Part shown: piece after piece, positions 1 through 9,991 of the stretch | How the letters are laid out: each line of letters opens with the position of its first letter | Position numbering within the stretch: the stretch's first letter is position 1 | Assembly (NCBI GenBank): GCA_045863395.1 | Contig: BTVJ01000024.1 | Span: 1-64,000, forward strand | DNA from: Myxococcales bacterium | GTDB taxonomy: Bacteria > Myxococcota_A > UBA9042 > JABWCM01 > BTVJ01 | DNA: 64,000 nt | Direction of reading: 5' to 3' | Notes under the pieces: generated by a model | Told to the model about the DNA's origin: nothing | Database searches by the model: none | What the model saw: the letters and a program-made list of their open reading frames with translations, nothing else | Program-made: the position numbers and the translations under genes

Positions 1-277
1 GTAGCCACCCTCGTACCTCACTACGATGGTGAAGGTGGTCTCGGCGCTCAGGGTGTAGGTGTTCGGGTAGGTGCCCAGCGTCGCAAACACCGCCTTGAAC
101 TTGGTCAGGTCCGGGTAGTACACGTGGGCCTGCTGGATCTGCGCCTGCTGGCCCAGCGAGACCAGGGACGCCTTGATGGTATCTGCAGCACCGGTGGTGA
201 CCCCGACCGGTGCCCACACCAGGTAGCCACCCTCGTACCTCACTACGATGGTGAAGGTGGTCTCGGCGCTCAGGGTG
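1..277. repeat. Exact 55-bp direct repeat (1-55 = 223-277)
   Basis: gtagccaccc...ctcagggtg occurs at both positions, 222 bp apart (in frame). Confidence 0.9.
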
Positions 278-3200
278 CCGTCGGTGACGGTCACGGTGAC
301 CGGGTAGTAGCCCGCGAGTGCCGGATTGTTGGCAGGCGCGGCGCTGAGTGTCGTGTTCCACGTCCCGTCGTTCTGGTAGAAGTACGGGGTGCCCAGCGTG
401 ACCCAGCTCGGCGCGCTCTTGATGGAGAACGTCAGCGGATCGTTGTCGGCGTCCTTGGCCTTGATGGGCACCAGCTTGGTCGCCCCGACGTTGACCTGCT
501 GGGTGAAGATGGTGCCCTGGAAGGCGGGTGCGTTCCCGGCCACGATGAACACGTCATCGACGTACCAGTTCCAGTTGCCGAAGGTGTTGGCAGTCTTCAC
601 ACAGAAGCGCATCTCGACCTTCTTGCCGCCCAGGAACTGGGACGGAGACGTGATCTCGAACTGGTAGGGCGCTCCGGCGATGCTCGAGCTGGTCGTCTGG
701 GTCCACAAGGTCTGCGCCGCTCCCCAGTTGCCGCCCACGGCCATCTGGACGCGGAGCTGGATGGGTGCCGAGCTGCTCACGTGGTTGAGCCAGCCCTTCC
801 AGCCGACCTGCAGCTTCGTCGCCGTCCCCGTGTTGACGATAGGTGTCACGGCGCAGCTCTCCAAGTTCAGGTCCTGGACGCCGCTGCCCCCGTTGAAGCG
901 CAGCATGTAGCCCTGGCCGAACGTCCCGCCCGTCACCTGCGCCAGGCTCCAGTGGTTGATCTGCGGCTGGGTGCCGAGCTCCGTGATCTTGAAGCCCAGC
1001 TCCGCCATGCCCTGGCCCGTCTGGATGGAGAAGGGCTCCTTGTAGGGCAGCGGCTTCTCACAGCTCGACTTGGCGTTGTAGACGCACTCGCCGCCGTTGC
1101 AGGCCGCCTCGGTGCAGGGGTTGCCGTCGCTCGGGCAGTCCGAGGCCACGGTGCAGCAGACCTGCGGGGGCTGGAAGAGCGGCCCGAGCGCGCCGGGCGG
1201 GTAGTGCTTGCAGCGGCCGTAGTTGCAGAAGTCGATGTTGCAGTCGTTGCCGTCGTCGCACTGCTCGCCGTTGACCTCTCCCACGACCTCGCAGCAGTTG
1301 GCGATGTCCACGTGGACGCACTTGTTGGACACGCAATAGTCCAGGGTGCACGTGTTCTTGTCGTCGCAATTGGAGTGGTACGAGCACTCCTTGCAGGTGT
1401 TGGGGTCGACGCCCTCCTTGAACGGGTACTCGCACTTGTTGGTCGTCGTGTTGCAGATGTTGTCCGTGCAGAGGTTGAGGTCGTTGCACTGCGAATTGTC
1501 TGTGCAGCACTCGGCGATCGGCTGCGGGTGGCAGACGCCCTTGTCGCAGAAGGCGACCTTGCAGGCGTCTGACGGAGTGGAGCAATCTGCGGTCTCCACG
1601 CAGCACTCCGTTCCCGGAATGGCCACCTGGCTGCACTGGGCGGTCGTCGTGTTGCAGACGCCGGTGTGGCACTTGTCCTGTGGGGCGCAGTCGGCGTCGC
1701 TGCAGCACGTACCCTGGAGCTTCGGGTAGTCGCACTTCTGGGTGGTCGGGTTGCAGATGTCCATCGTGCACGCCTTGTTGTCGTTGCACTGGGAGTCGTT
1801 GGTGCAACAACCCACGAACTTGATGGTGCTGATGCACTGGTTGTTGACGCAGGCGTCGTTGGTGCAGGCGTCGGCGTCGTTGCACTGCGCGTTGACCGTG
1901 CAGCACTCGGGCTTGTTGGGGTCCGCGGTGAATGCGCACACATTGTTCTGGCACGTGTCCACGGTACAGTTGTTCTTGTCGTTGCAGTCGGAGCTCTGGA
2001 CGCAGCAGCCGGGCTTGGTCGTATCTGGTCCGTAGCGGCACTCGTTGCCCAGGCAGGCCTTCACGGAGCAGATGTCCTTGTCGGGGCAGTCTGCAGCAAT
2101 CTTGCAGCAGCCCACGATGGGAGCGGCCACGCACTTGTTCGTGCTGGTGTTGCAGGCGTCCGCGGTGCAGGCATCGCCGTCGTTGCAGTCGCTGTTCGCG
2201 AGGCAGCAGTTGGCTACGGGCGTGTACTTGCAGAGGCCGTCCGTGCCGCACGAGGCGGTGTTGCAGGCGGTCTTCTCGTTGGTGCAGTCGGACGCCACGG
2301 TCTGCGGGGTGCAGAGCTGCTTCGCGTTCGGAGTGTAGACGCAGTTGCTCGATACGCACGTATCGTCGGTCAGCGGGTTGTTGTCGTTGCAATCCGCCGC
2401 TGTGACACAGCAGGTCTCGCTGATCTTCGTGTTGAAGTCACACGTCTTCGTCGCGAGGTTGCAGGTGTTCACGGTGCAGAAGTTCTTGTCGTCGCAGTCC
2501 GCGTTCTTCGTGCAGCAGTCCGGGATGGGTCCGTAGCGGCAGATGTTGGAGATGCACGCCTTGGACTTGCACTCCACGCTCGGGCAGTCCGAGGCGGTGA
2601 TGCAACAGCCCTCGATCCAGGCTGGCTCGTTGCACTTCCCGGTCGTCAGGTTGCACGAGTCGGTCGTGCAGTTGTTGCCGTCGTTGCAGTCGACGTTGGA
2701 CTCGCAGCAGGTCGGGTCGCTCTTGACGTTGGCGCAGGTACCGTCCGGGTTGCAGGTGTCCGTGGTGCAGGAGCTGTTGTCGTTGCAGTCCGCGTTGGTG
2801 GTGCAGGCAACGCACTTGTTGGCGCTCGGCCCCTCGGTGGCGCACTTCTTGGGGAAGGCGCAGTCGAAGTTGGAGGTGCAGCAGTTGGTGCCCGACACGG
2901 GGCCGTACTTGCACACCTTGGTGCCGGCGGAGCTGAGGCACTGCGCCACGTAGCACAGGTTCTGGGTGTTGCAGTCTGCGGTGGTGTTGCAGTTGTACTG
3001 GATCTGGACGGTCACGGCCGCGTAGCTGCCCGCGCCGCCGATGGGGTTGTTGCTCATGTCGAGCAGCATGACGCCCAGCTTGTGCACGCCGTTGGGGATG
3101 TCCAAGAACTGGTACGACGTCCCTGTGGACGTGGCCACCTGCGTGGTGTCCAGGTACCACCCGATCTTGCCGTTCGTGCCGAGTACGAAGTCGGTCACCG

Positions 3201-3549
3201 TGACGGTAGCCGTCACGTTGATCGCCGTCGTGCCGACGCGCGTGTACGTGGTGACCCCGGAGGGGCTCGTGAACTTGATGGTCGGCGCGCCGGCTGCTGC
3301 CTCCAGCTCGCCGAGGAGCTCCGGGTCGAACTCGCCCTCGGACTGCCCGCCCAGCTCACCAGCATCCGGGGCTGGCGGGGACGCGAGCATGTCGGATGCG
3401 CCGTAGCTGTCGGCGCTGCCCTGGGGCGGCGCCTGCTCCGCGCAGGCCGTGAACAGCCCGAGCGCGGCTGCGAGCAGCGTCGCGAGAGCCTTGGTGGCGG
3501 TGTGTGCGGTGTGCGTCATTGCCTTGGCTCTACCGGTGGTGGTGCGCAT
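1..3549 (-). CDS. Large Cys-rich lipoprotein (C-C-x4-C-N-D-x-N-x-C-T-x-D-x-C repeats, then beta-rich and cadherin/He_PIG-like Ig domains); 3'-partial
   Basis: Open minus frame from ATG 3549 (GGAGG upstream) to the window edge, so absent from the ORF track. Lipobox-like LGLFTAC, repeats such as CNDNNSCTTDTC and CDDKNFCTVNTC, and Ig-like NAPAF...KAKDADNDPLTFSI. Confidence 0.8.
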   Translation of the reverse strand, partial: MRTTTGRAKAMTHTAHTATKALATLLAAALGLFTACAEQAPPQGSADSYGASDMLASPPAPDAGELGGQSEGEFDPELLGELEAAAGAPTIKFTSPSGVTTYTRVGTTAINVTATVTVTDFVLGTNGKIGWYLDTTQVATSTGTSYQFLDIPNGVHKLGVMLLDMSNNPIGGAGSYAAVTVQIQYNCNTTADCNTQNLCYVAQCLSSAGTKVCKYGPVSGTNCCTSNFDCAFPKKCATEGPSANKCVACTTNADCNDNSSCTTDTCNPDGTCANVKSDPTCCESNVDCNDGNNCTTDSCNLTTGKCNEPAWIEGCCITASDCPSVECKSKACISNICRYGPIPDCCTKNADCDDKNFCTVNTCNLATKTCDFNTKISETCCVTAADCNDNNPLTDDTCVSSNCVYTPNAKQLCTPQTVASDCTNEKTACNTASCGTDGLCKYTPVANCCLANSDCNDGDACTADACNTSTNKCVAAPIVGCCKIAADCPDKDICSVKACLGNECRYGPDTTKPGCCVQSSDCNDKNNCTVDTCQNNVCAFTADPNKPECCTVNAQCNDADACTNDACVNNQCISTIKFVGCCTNDSQCNDNKACTMDICNPTTQKCDYPKLQGTCCSDADCAPQDKCHTGVCNTTTAQCSQVAIPGTECCVETADCSTPSDACKVAFCDKGVCHPQPIAECCTDNSQCNDLNLCTDNICNTTTNKCEYPFKEGVDPNTCKECSYHSNCDDKNTCTLDYCVSNKCVHVDIANCCEVVGEVNGEQCDDGNDCNIDFCNYGRCKHYPPGALGPLFQPPQVCCTVASDCPSDGNPCTEAACNGGECVYNAKSSCEKPLPYKEPFSIQTGQGMAELGFKITELGTQPQINHWSLAQVTGGTFGQGYMLRFNGGSGVQDLNLESCAVTPIVNTGTATKLQVGWKGWLNHVSSSAPIQLRVQMAVGGNWGAAQTLWTQTTSSSIAGAPYQFEITSPSQFLGGKKVEMRFCVKTANTFGNWNWYVDDVFIVAGNAPAFQGTIFTQQVNVGATKLVPIKAKDADNDPLTFSIKSAPSWVTLGTPYFYQNDGTWNTTLSAAPANNPALAGYYPVTVTVTDGTLSAETTFTIVVRYEGGYLVWAPVGVTTGAADTIKASLVSLGQQAQIQQAHVYYPDLTKFKAVFATLGTYPNTYTLSAETTFTIVVRYEGGY

Positions 3550-3854
3550 CGTCGTCCTCCGCAAGTGGCGGCCAGGAGCTGTGCGAGGGTATGACACCCC
3601 CATGCTGGCGCGCTCCAATGCGTTCGATACAAGGATGTAGCGTAGTCGGATCGCTCAGGCAAGCCCCAAGAGCGATTTGGTTGTGACGGTTGCAGGTTCC
3701 GCAACGCGACACCTCAGCTCCGCTTCGGCTCATCGTATGCCACCCCGTCCCGACCTGGCGGATGCCTGGCGGTTCGGAGCGAGCAGCGCATTGGTTTCCC
3801 ACCCTTTATGCCGGAAGCGGCGAGCCGGGACAAGGAGATTTTTTCGATGGGCCG

Positions 3855-5078
3855 CTAAGTGTCTGCGGATCCGTGCGCCGTGACGCGCACGACGACCGCG
3901 CCGGCCAGCGCCTCGTCGAGCAGCTCCTGGAGGGGGAGCGGCGCCTCGAGCTTCGTGAGGTGTCGCGCGTGCCCTTCGAGCTCCGGGTGGCGGGCCACGA
4001 AGAGGGAGCAGCAGTCGTCGAAGGGCTGTACGGATGTCTCATAGGTCCCGATGCGGCGGGCGATGACGATGGTCTCGTTCTTGTCGTTGGTGATCAGAGG
4101 CCGGAGGACGGGCATGCTCGCCACCGCGTCGACGCACGCGATGTTCGGCAACGTCTGGCTGGCGACCTGGCCGATGCTCTCGCCCGTCACGAGGACCTGG
4201 GCTCCCCGCTTGCGAGCAAGGACCTCTGCAATACGGAGCATCTGGCGTCGGTAGAGGAGGACGAGGGAGGGAGCAGGGGCGTTATCGCGGCAAACCTCCT
4301 GAAAGCGGGCAAATGGGATGACAGTCAGCCTCAGTTCGCCCTGCCACGCGGCGAGACATCGCGCCAGCTCCACGACCTTCTCGCGGGCCTGGTCGCTCGT
4401 GTAGGGGAAGGAGTGGAAGTACACGGCCTCGACGGTCACGCCACGCTTCATGGTGCACCAGCCCGCCACGGGGGAGTCGATGCCGCCCGAGAGGAGGAGC
4501 ATTGCGCGGCCATTGGAGCCAACGGGGAGTCCGCCGGGGCCGGGGGTCGACTCGACGTGGACGAAGGTCATCTCGGGGCGGATCTCCACGCCCACCTCGA
4601 GGGCCGCATCGTTGAGGCGGACCGTGAGATCCGGCCACTCCTTGAACAGCGCTCCCGCGATCTGGCGGTTCAGATCGTCCGAGCGGATGGGGTAGGACTT
4701 GTCGGCGCGGGTCGTGCGCACGCGGAAGCTGGGCGGCAGGCCCCGCCGCTCGACGCTCTCCCGGAACATGGTCACGGCGACCTGCTTGAGCGTCTCCACG
4801 TCATTGGGCGTGACGACGGCGCGGCTGAACGAGGCGAGGCCGAACACACGGGCGAGCGCCGCCTCGATGCGGGCGGCGTGGGACCCGAGGGGCGGCAGGG
4901 TCCCATCGGCGAGGGGCGCCAGGGTCACCATGACGCGCCCGTAGGGGGTCGTGACGCGGTAGTCCTGCGAGCGGCCGAGGGCCTCCCGGATGTTGCGCCG
5001 GAGGGCATTGAGGAAGAAGGCGCGGCGGCTCCGCTTGAGGAAGATCTCCGCGTACCGACCGACGACGGCGTTGATCAT
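3855..5078 (-). CDS. thiI: tRNA 4-thiouridine(8) synthase ThiI (THUMP + PP-loop, no rhodanese domain)
   Basis: RYAEIFLK N-terminus, GPGGLPVG, LLSGGIDSPVA PP-loop, TGESIGQVASQT, DCCSLF. Confidence 0.95.
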   Translation of the reverse strand: MINAVVGRYAEIFLKRSRRAFFLNALRRNIREALGRSQDYRVTTPYGRVMVTLAPLADGTLPPLGSHAARIEAALARVFGLASFSRAVVTPNDVETLKQVAVTMFRESVERRGLPPSFRVRTTRADKSYPIRSDDLNRQIAGALFKEWPDLTVRLNDAALEVGVEIRPEMTFVHVESTPGPGGLPVGSNGRAMLLLSGGIDSPVAGWCTMKRGVTVEAVYFHSFPYTSDQAREKVVELARCLAAWQGELRLTVIPFARFQEVCRDNAPAPSLVLLYRRQMLRIAEVLARKRGAQVLVTGESIGQVASQTLPNIACVDAVASMPVLRPLITNDKNETIVIARRIGTYETSVQPFDDCCSLFVARHPELEGHARHLTKLEAPLPLQELLDEALAGAVVVRVTAHGSADT

Positions 5079-5093
5079 GGGGGCCCCCGCGCC

Positions 5094-6227
5094 TCAGCGC
5101 TGGTTGAGCTCTCGGGCGCGCGGGACGACCCGCCGCAGCGCCTCGATGGTGTGGTCGATGTCGGGCTCCGTGGTGTCCCGGCTCAGGGTGAAACGGACCG
5201 TGCCCTGGTCGCCAGACAGTCCGATGGCGACGAGCACGTGGCTGGGGGCCCGCGCCGAGGCATGGCACGCGGAGCCGGCCGAGGCGACCACGCCCTCGGA
5301 CTCCAGCAGGTGGAGCAGGGTCTGCGAGCGTGCGCCCGGGAACCGCAGCGACGCGTGGCTGCAGAGCCGTGGCGCCCCGTCGCCGTTGACGTGGGCGTCC
5401 GAGCACGCCTGCAGCGCCCCGGCGATGAGGCGGTCTCGAAGCGCCGTCATGCGGGGGACCTCCTCCCGCGGCCTCGCGAGCCCCGCGGCAACGGCGAAGC
5501 CGATGACCCCGCCGACGTTCTCCGTGCCTGCCCGCAGCCCGGCCTCCTGGGCGCCTCCGGCGAGCTGGGGCAGCACCCGGCGCCCGCGCCGCACGTAGAG
5601 CGCGCCGACGCCCTTGGGGCCGTGGATCTTGTGAGCGCTCAGGGCGACCAGGTCAGCGCGCGCCTCGTCGAGGGCCAGCGGCTCCTTCAGGAAGCTCTGC
5701 ACCGCATCTATTAGATAGAGCGCTCTCGGGCACTCGCGCTCGATGCGCGCCCCGATGGCGGCCACCGGCTGGATGGTGCCGAGCTCGTTGTTGGCGTGCA
5801 TCACCGCGACCAGGGCAGTGTCCGGCCGCAGCGCCGCGTGAACAGCGTCTGGATGGATGAGCCCGCTCGAGTCCGGAGGAACCAGGGTGACCTCGAAGCC
5901 GCGGCGCTCCAGCCACTCCCGGTTGGCGAGGACCGCCGCGTGCTCGATGGCGCTGAGGACGACGTGGCGCCCTCGTGCGGCCTCCGCCCCACCCCGGATC
6001 GCCAGGGCGTCGGCCTCCGTCCCGCCGGAGGTGAAGACCAGCTCCGCGGGCGCACATCCCACGAGCCCCGCCAGGATGGCTCGCGCCTCGTTGATCGCGG
6101 CGCGTGCGCGGGCGCCGGGTCCATGCAGGGAGGAGGGGTTGCCCGTGAGGTCACGCATCGCCCGCGCCATGGCCTCGATGACGCGGGGGTCCATGGGCGC
6201 GGTCGCTGCGTTGTCGAGGTAGATCAT
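5094..6227 (-). CDS. iscS: Cysteine desulfurase (IscS/NifS family)
   Basis: MIYLDNAAT, FTSGGTE, SAHKIHGPKG (PLP Lys), RAGTEN, SAGSACH (catalytic Cys). Confidence 0.92.
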   Translation of the reverse strand: MIYLDNAATAPMDPRVIEAMARAMRDLTGNPSSLHGPGARARAAINEARAILAGLVGCAPAELVFTSGGTEADALAIRGGAEAARGRHVVLSAIEHAAVLANREWLERRGFEVTLVPPDSSGLIHPDAVHAALRPDTALVAVMHANNELGTIQPVAAIGARIERECPRALYLIDAVQSFLKEPLALDEARADLVALSAHKIHGPKGVGALYVRRGRRVLPQLAGGAQEAGLRAGTENVGGVIGFAVAAGLARPREEVPRMTALRDRLIAGALQACSDAHVNGDGAPRLCSHASLRFPGARSQTLLHLLESEGVVASAGSACHASARAPSHVLVAIGLSGDQGTVRFTLSRDTTEPDIDHTIEALRRVVPRARELNQR

Positions 6228-6249
6228 GAGATGGGGATGGTCCCGCGGC

Positions 6250-7203
6250 TCACCAGAACAGGTCGCTGACGGAGTCGCCGTCGTGGATGCGGCGGATCGC
6301 GCGCGCGAACAGGTGCGCCACCGGGAGGACGGTGAACTGCTGGGCCAGGCGCTCCGTGTCGATCTTGTGGCGGACCGGGATCGTGTCGCAGACGACGAGC
6401 TCTTCAAGGTTCGAGGCGGCGATGCGCTCCATGGCCGGGCCGCAGAGGACCGGGTGGGTCGCCGCCGCGCGCACGCTGATCGCGCCCTCGCGCTCCAGGA
6501 ACTGGGCGGCCTCGATGAGCGTGCCCGCGGTCGCGATCTCGTCATCGACGATGAGGCAGTGCTTGCCGCGCACGTCGCCGATGAGGTGCTGCGCCCGCGC
6601 CGTGTCGTCGTCGCCATAGCGCCGCTTGTCGATGATCGCGATGGGCAGGTGCAGCCGGTTTGCGTAGCGCCCGAGCTCCTTCGCCTCGCCCGCGTCGGCC
6701 GCGACCAGGACGTAGTTGGAGAGGTCGCGCTCCCGATACCAGTCGCAGATCAGGGGCGCCGAGAGGAGGTTGTCTGCCGGCACGTGGAAGAAGCCCTGGA
6801 TCTGCGGCGAGTGCAGGTCCATGGTCAGCACCCGGTTCGCGCCGGCCGTCTGCAGCAGGTCCGCCATGAGGCGGGCCGTGATGGAGATGCGGGGCCGGTC
6901 CTTCTTGTCGGAGCGGCAGTACGGGAAGTACGGGACCACCGCCGTCACCCGCGCCGCGCTGGCGTGCCGCAGCGCGTCGATCATGATCAGCAGCTCCACG
7001 ATGCCCTCGTTGACCGGCGGCGCCGACGCCTGCACGACGAACACGTCGCACTCGCGCACGTTCTCCTGGATCTTCACCATCAGGTTCTCATTGGAGAACT
7101 TGATCGTCTCAGACGCGCTCAGCGGCACGTCCAGGTGATCGCAGATCGCCTGGGCGAGATCCTTGTGGGCGGAGCCCGAGAAGACCTTGAGCTTTCCCTC
7201 CAT
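6250..7203 (-). CDS. prs: Ribose-phosphate pyrophosphokinase
   Basis: KVFSGSAH, VPYFPYCRSDKK, MDLHSPQIQGFF, VDDEIATAGT. Confidence 0.95.
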   Translation of the reverse strand: MEGKLKVFSGSAHKDLAQAICDHLDVPLSASETIKFSNENLMVKIQENVRECDVFVVQASAPPVNEGIVELLIMIDALRHASAARVTAVVPYFPYCRSDKKDRPRISITARLMADLLQTAGANRVLTMDLHSPQIQGFFHVPADNLLSAPLICDWYRERDLSNYVLVAADAGEAKELGRYANRLHLPIAIIDKRRYGDDDTARAQHLIGDVRGKHCLIVDDEIATAGTLIEAAQFLEREGAISVRAAATHPVLCGPAMERIAASNLEELVVCDTIPVRHKIDTERLAQQFTVLPVAHLFARAIRRIHDGDSVSDLFW

Positions 7204-7258
7204 GGCGCCTCTCCTGTGTCGATGCTGCGTCGGGTGTGCGAGGTCGATGGTCGCCCGC

Positions 7259-7287
7259 GTTCTACCCTCCGGTGCCGCGGCTGTCAA
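7259..7287 (-). promoter_or_regulatory. Putative sigma70 promoter of prs-iscS-thiI
   Basis: Minus strand TTGACA (7287-7282), 17-bp spacer, TAGAAC (7264-7259). Confidence 0.55.
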
Positions 7288-7533
7288 TGGGGCCTTGTCG
7301 TGGCCGGGCTGGCGTGATAACCATGCGCCGCCGGTGGGGAGCCGGAGACCCGATGCGGCGCTGCTCGTGTTGGTTGCCCCGCCTTGTGGGCGCTCCTGCC
7401 GAGCCCGCGAGCCTCTGCCCGGCCGCACCTGCTGCGCCGACCATGGGCATGGCCGGGCGGGTCGTGGGGTTACAGGGGACCGTCGAGGGGCGAGAACCAG
7501 AGGGCACCAGCCCTCACAGCGACGGGACGTAGG

Positions 7534-8229
7534 ATGGACGCCGATTCGCGTCACTGGTGGCTACGACGGCTGCACTCCCTGACGGGGCTCGTGCCGGTCG
7601 GCGTGTTCCTGCTCGAGCACTTCTACATGAACTCGGCCATCGCCGAGGGGACGGCCGCCTACGACCAAGAGGTCGCCGACCTGTGGAGCCTGCTCCGCAC
7701 GCCGACCATGCTCCAGGTGGTCGAGTGGGGCGGCATCTTCCTCCCGCTGGCCTTCCACGCAGGCTACGGGCTCTGGATCTGGCACACAGGGCAGGGCAAC
7801 GCCTCTCGGTACGGCACCTGGCGCAACTGGATGTACACCCTCCAGCGCTGGACGGGCGCCTTCCTGGTCGTGTTCCTGGTCTATCATCTGTGGCACACGT
7901 GGCGGGTCGTCAACATCGAGTGGGGCCATGCGCTGGTCGGCACGAGCCCCATCTCGGGCCAGACGGTGGGCCTGGCCCAGTACATGGTCGAGTACCTGGG
8001 CGCCAGCTCAACAATCCTCGCCTTCTATGCGGCCGGCATCTTCGCGGCGACCTTCCACTTCGCCAACGGGCTGTGGAACATGGCCGTCGTCTGGGGCCTG
8101 ACCATCAGCCGGCGCTCCCAGCGAGTGTTCGGGGTGGTCTGCATGGCGCTGTTCGCCGCCTTGTTCCTCTGGGGCATCGGCACGCTGGTCACCTTCAAGC
8201 AGCTCGCGCTCGCCGCGACGATCCCCTGA
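7534..8229 (+). CDS. sdhC: Succinate dehydrogenase cytochrome b558 subunit
   Basis: RRLHSLTGLVPVGVFLLEHF, four conserved His, FHFANGLW; first gene of the sdh operon. Confidence 0.92.
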   Translation: MDADSRHWWLRRLHSLTGLVPVGVFLLEHFYMNSAIAEGTAAYDQEVADLWSLLRTPTMLQVVEWGGIFLPLAFHAGYGLWIWHTGQGNASRYGTWRNWMYTLQRWTGAFLVVFLVYHLWHTWRVVNIEWGHALVGTSPISGQTVGLAQYMVEYLGASSTILAFYAAGIFAATFHFANGLWNMAVVWGLTISRRSQRVFGVVCMALFAALFLWGIGTLVTFKQLALAATIP

Positions 8230-8242
8230 CGGAGACCGAGTC

Positions 8243-9991
8243 ATGGCCAACCAGTTCATCGTCGTGGGAGGCGGACTCGCCGGGTTGATGGCCACCGTTC
8301 GGCTCGCCGAGGCCGGGCACAAGGTCAAGCTGTTCGCGCTGCACCCGGTGAAGCGATCCCACTCCGTGTGCGCCCAGGGCGGGATCAACGGGGCGGTCAA
8401 CACGAAAGGGGAGGGGGACAGCCCCTGGGAGCACTTCGACGACTCCATCTACGGCGGCGACTTCCTCGCGGACCAGGCCCCGGTCAAGGCCATGTGCGAG
8501 GCGGCCCCGGGCATCATCAACCTGCTCGACCGCATGGGCGTGATGTTCAACCGCACGCCGGAGGGGCTCCTCGACTTCCGGCGCTTCGGCGGCACCAAGC
8601 ACCACCGGACGGCGTTTGCCGGAGCAACGACGGGCAAGCAGATCCTGTACGCGCTGGACGAGCAGGTGCGCCGCGCCGAGCTGGACGGGCTGGTCGAGAA
8701 GCTGGAGTTCTGGGACTTCCTCTCGGCGGTCCTCGATGGGAGCGGGCGCTGCATCGGCATCGTCGCCCAGGATCTGCGCAGCATGGAGGTCCGCGCCTTC
8801 GCGGCGGACGCGGTGGTGCTGGCGACGGGAGGCGTCGGGGCCATCTTCGGCAAGAGCACGAACTCGCTGGCCTGCACGGGGTCCGCCGTCGCGGCCGTCT
8901 ATCAGCAGGGCGCGAAGCTCGGCAACCCGGAGCTGGTGCAGGTGCACCCGACGGCGATCCCCGGCGACGACAAGCTGCGCCTGATGAGCGAGTCGGCCCG
9001 GGGCGAGGGCGGGCGCGTCTGGGTGCCGCGGGACGGCAAGCCCTGGTATTTCCTGGAGGAGTGGTACCCCGCCTACGGCAACCTGGTGCCGCGGGACATC
9101 GCGACCCGCGCCATCTTCAAGGTGTGCGTGGACATGGGCCTCGGCGTGGACGGCCAGAACGCCGTCTACCTGGACCTGACCCACATCCCGGCCCATGAGC
9201 TCGACGTGAAGCTGGGCGGAATCCTCGAGATCTACGAGAAGTTCCGTGGTGTGGACCCGCGGAAGGTGCCCATGCAGGTGTTTCCGGGCGTTCACTACAC
9301 CATGGGCGGCCTCTGGACCGATTTCGGGCTCATGTCGTCCATCCCGGGCCTGTTCGGTGCGGGGGAGGCCCAGTTCCACTACCACGGCGCCAACCGGCTC
9401 GGGGCCAACAGCCTGCTGTCCTGCATCTACGATGGGCAGGTGGTCGCGAAGAGCATGATCGCCTGGGCGAAGGGGGCTGATCGGGGTGGGGAGCGCTTCC
9501 TCGAGGAGGAGCGCAAGCGCCAGGCGGCGGACATCGACGCCATCTTCAAGATGAGCGGGTCCGAGAACGCCTACACGCTCTGGCAGGAGCTGGGCGACAC
9601 CATGACGCGCAACGTGACGGTGGTGCGACACAACGACCGCATGGAGAAGACCTACAAGCAGATCGCGGACGAGCTCCTGCCCCGGTGGAAGAAGATCGGG
9701 CTCGGCGATGCCTCCCGGTGGGCGAACCAGGCGGTGCCGTTCGTGCGGCAGCTCCGGCTGATGATGGTGTACGCCCAGGCGATCACCAAGGGCGCCATCG
9801 TCCGCAACGAGAGCCGCGGGGCGCACTACAAGCCCGCGTTCCCGGAGCGCGACGACGCGAAGTTCCTGAAGACCACGCTGGCGACCTGGACCGCCAAGGG
9901 GCCTGAGATCGGGTGGGCGGACGTGGACACGTCGCTCATCCCGCCGCGGGCCCGCAAGTACGACGTGGACAAGACCGGAGGCAAGGCATGA
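8243..9991 (+). CDS. sdhA: Succinate dehydrogenase flavoprotein
   Basis: GGGLAG, RSHSVCAQGGIN, QVHPT, HYTMGG, HGANRLGANSL, ESRGAHY. Confidence 0.97.
   Translation: MANQFIVVGGGLAGLMATVRLAEAGHKVKLFALHPVKRSHSVCAQGGINGAVNTKGEGDSPWEHFDDSIYGGDFLADQAPVKAMCEAAPGIINLLDRMGVMFNRTPEGLLDFRRFGGTKHHRTAFAGATTGKQILYALDEQVRRAELDGLVEKLEFWDFLSAVLDGSGRCIGIVAQDLRSMEVRAFAADAVVLATGGVGAIFGKSTNSLACTGSAVAAVYQQGAKLGNPELVQVHPTAIPGDDKLRLMSESARGEGGRVWVPRDGKPWYFLEEWYPAYGNLVPRDIATRAIFKVCVDMGLGVDGQNAVYLDLTHIPAHELDVKLGGILEIYEKFRGVDPRKVPMQVFPGVHYTMGGLWTDFGLMSSIPGLFGAGEAQFHYHGANRLGANSLLSCIYDGQVVAKSMIAWAKGADRGGERFLEEERKRQAADIDAIFKMSGSENAYTLWQELGDTMTRNVTVVRHNDRMEKTYKQIADELLPRWKKIGLGDASRWANQAVPFVRQLRLMMVYAQAITKGAIVRNESRGAHYKPAFPERDDAKFLKTTLATWTAKGPEIGWADVDTSLIPPRARKYDVDKTGGKA

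Noticed and set aside
124..3594. Long plus-strand ORFs 124-1572 and 1666-3594
   Set aside because: Antisense shadows of the minus-strand Cys-rich gene, typical of high-GC DNA.
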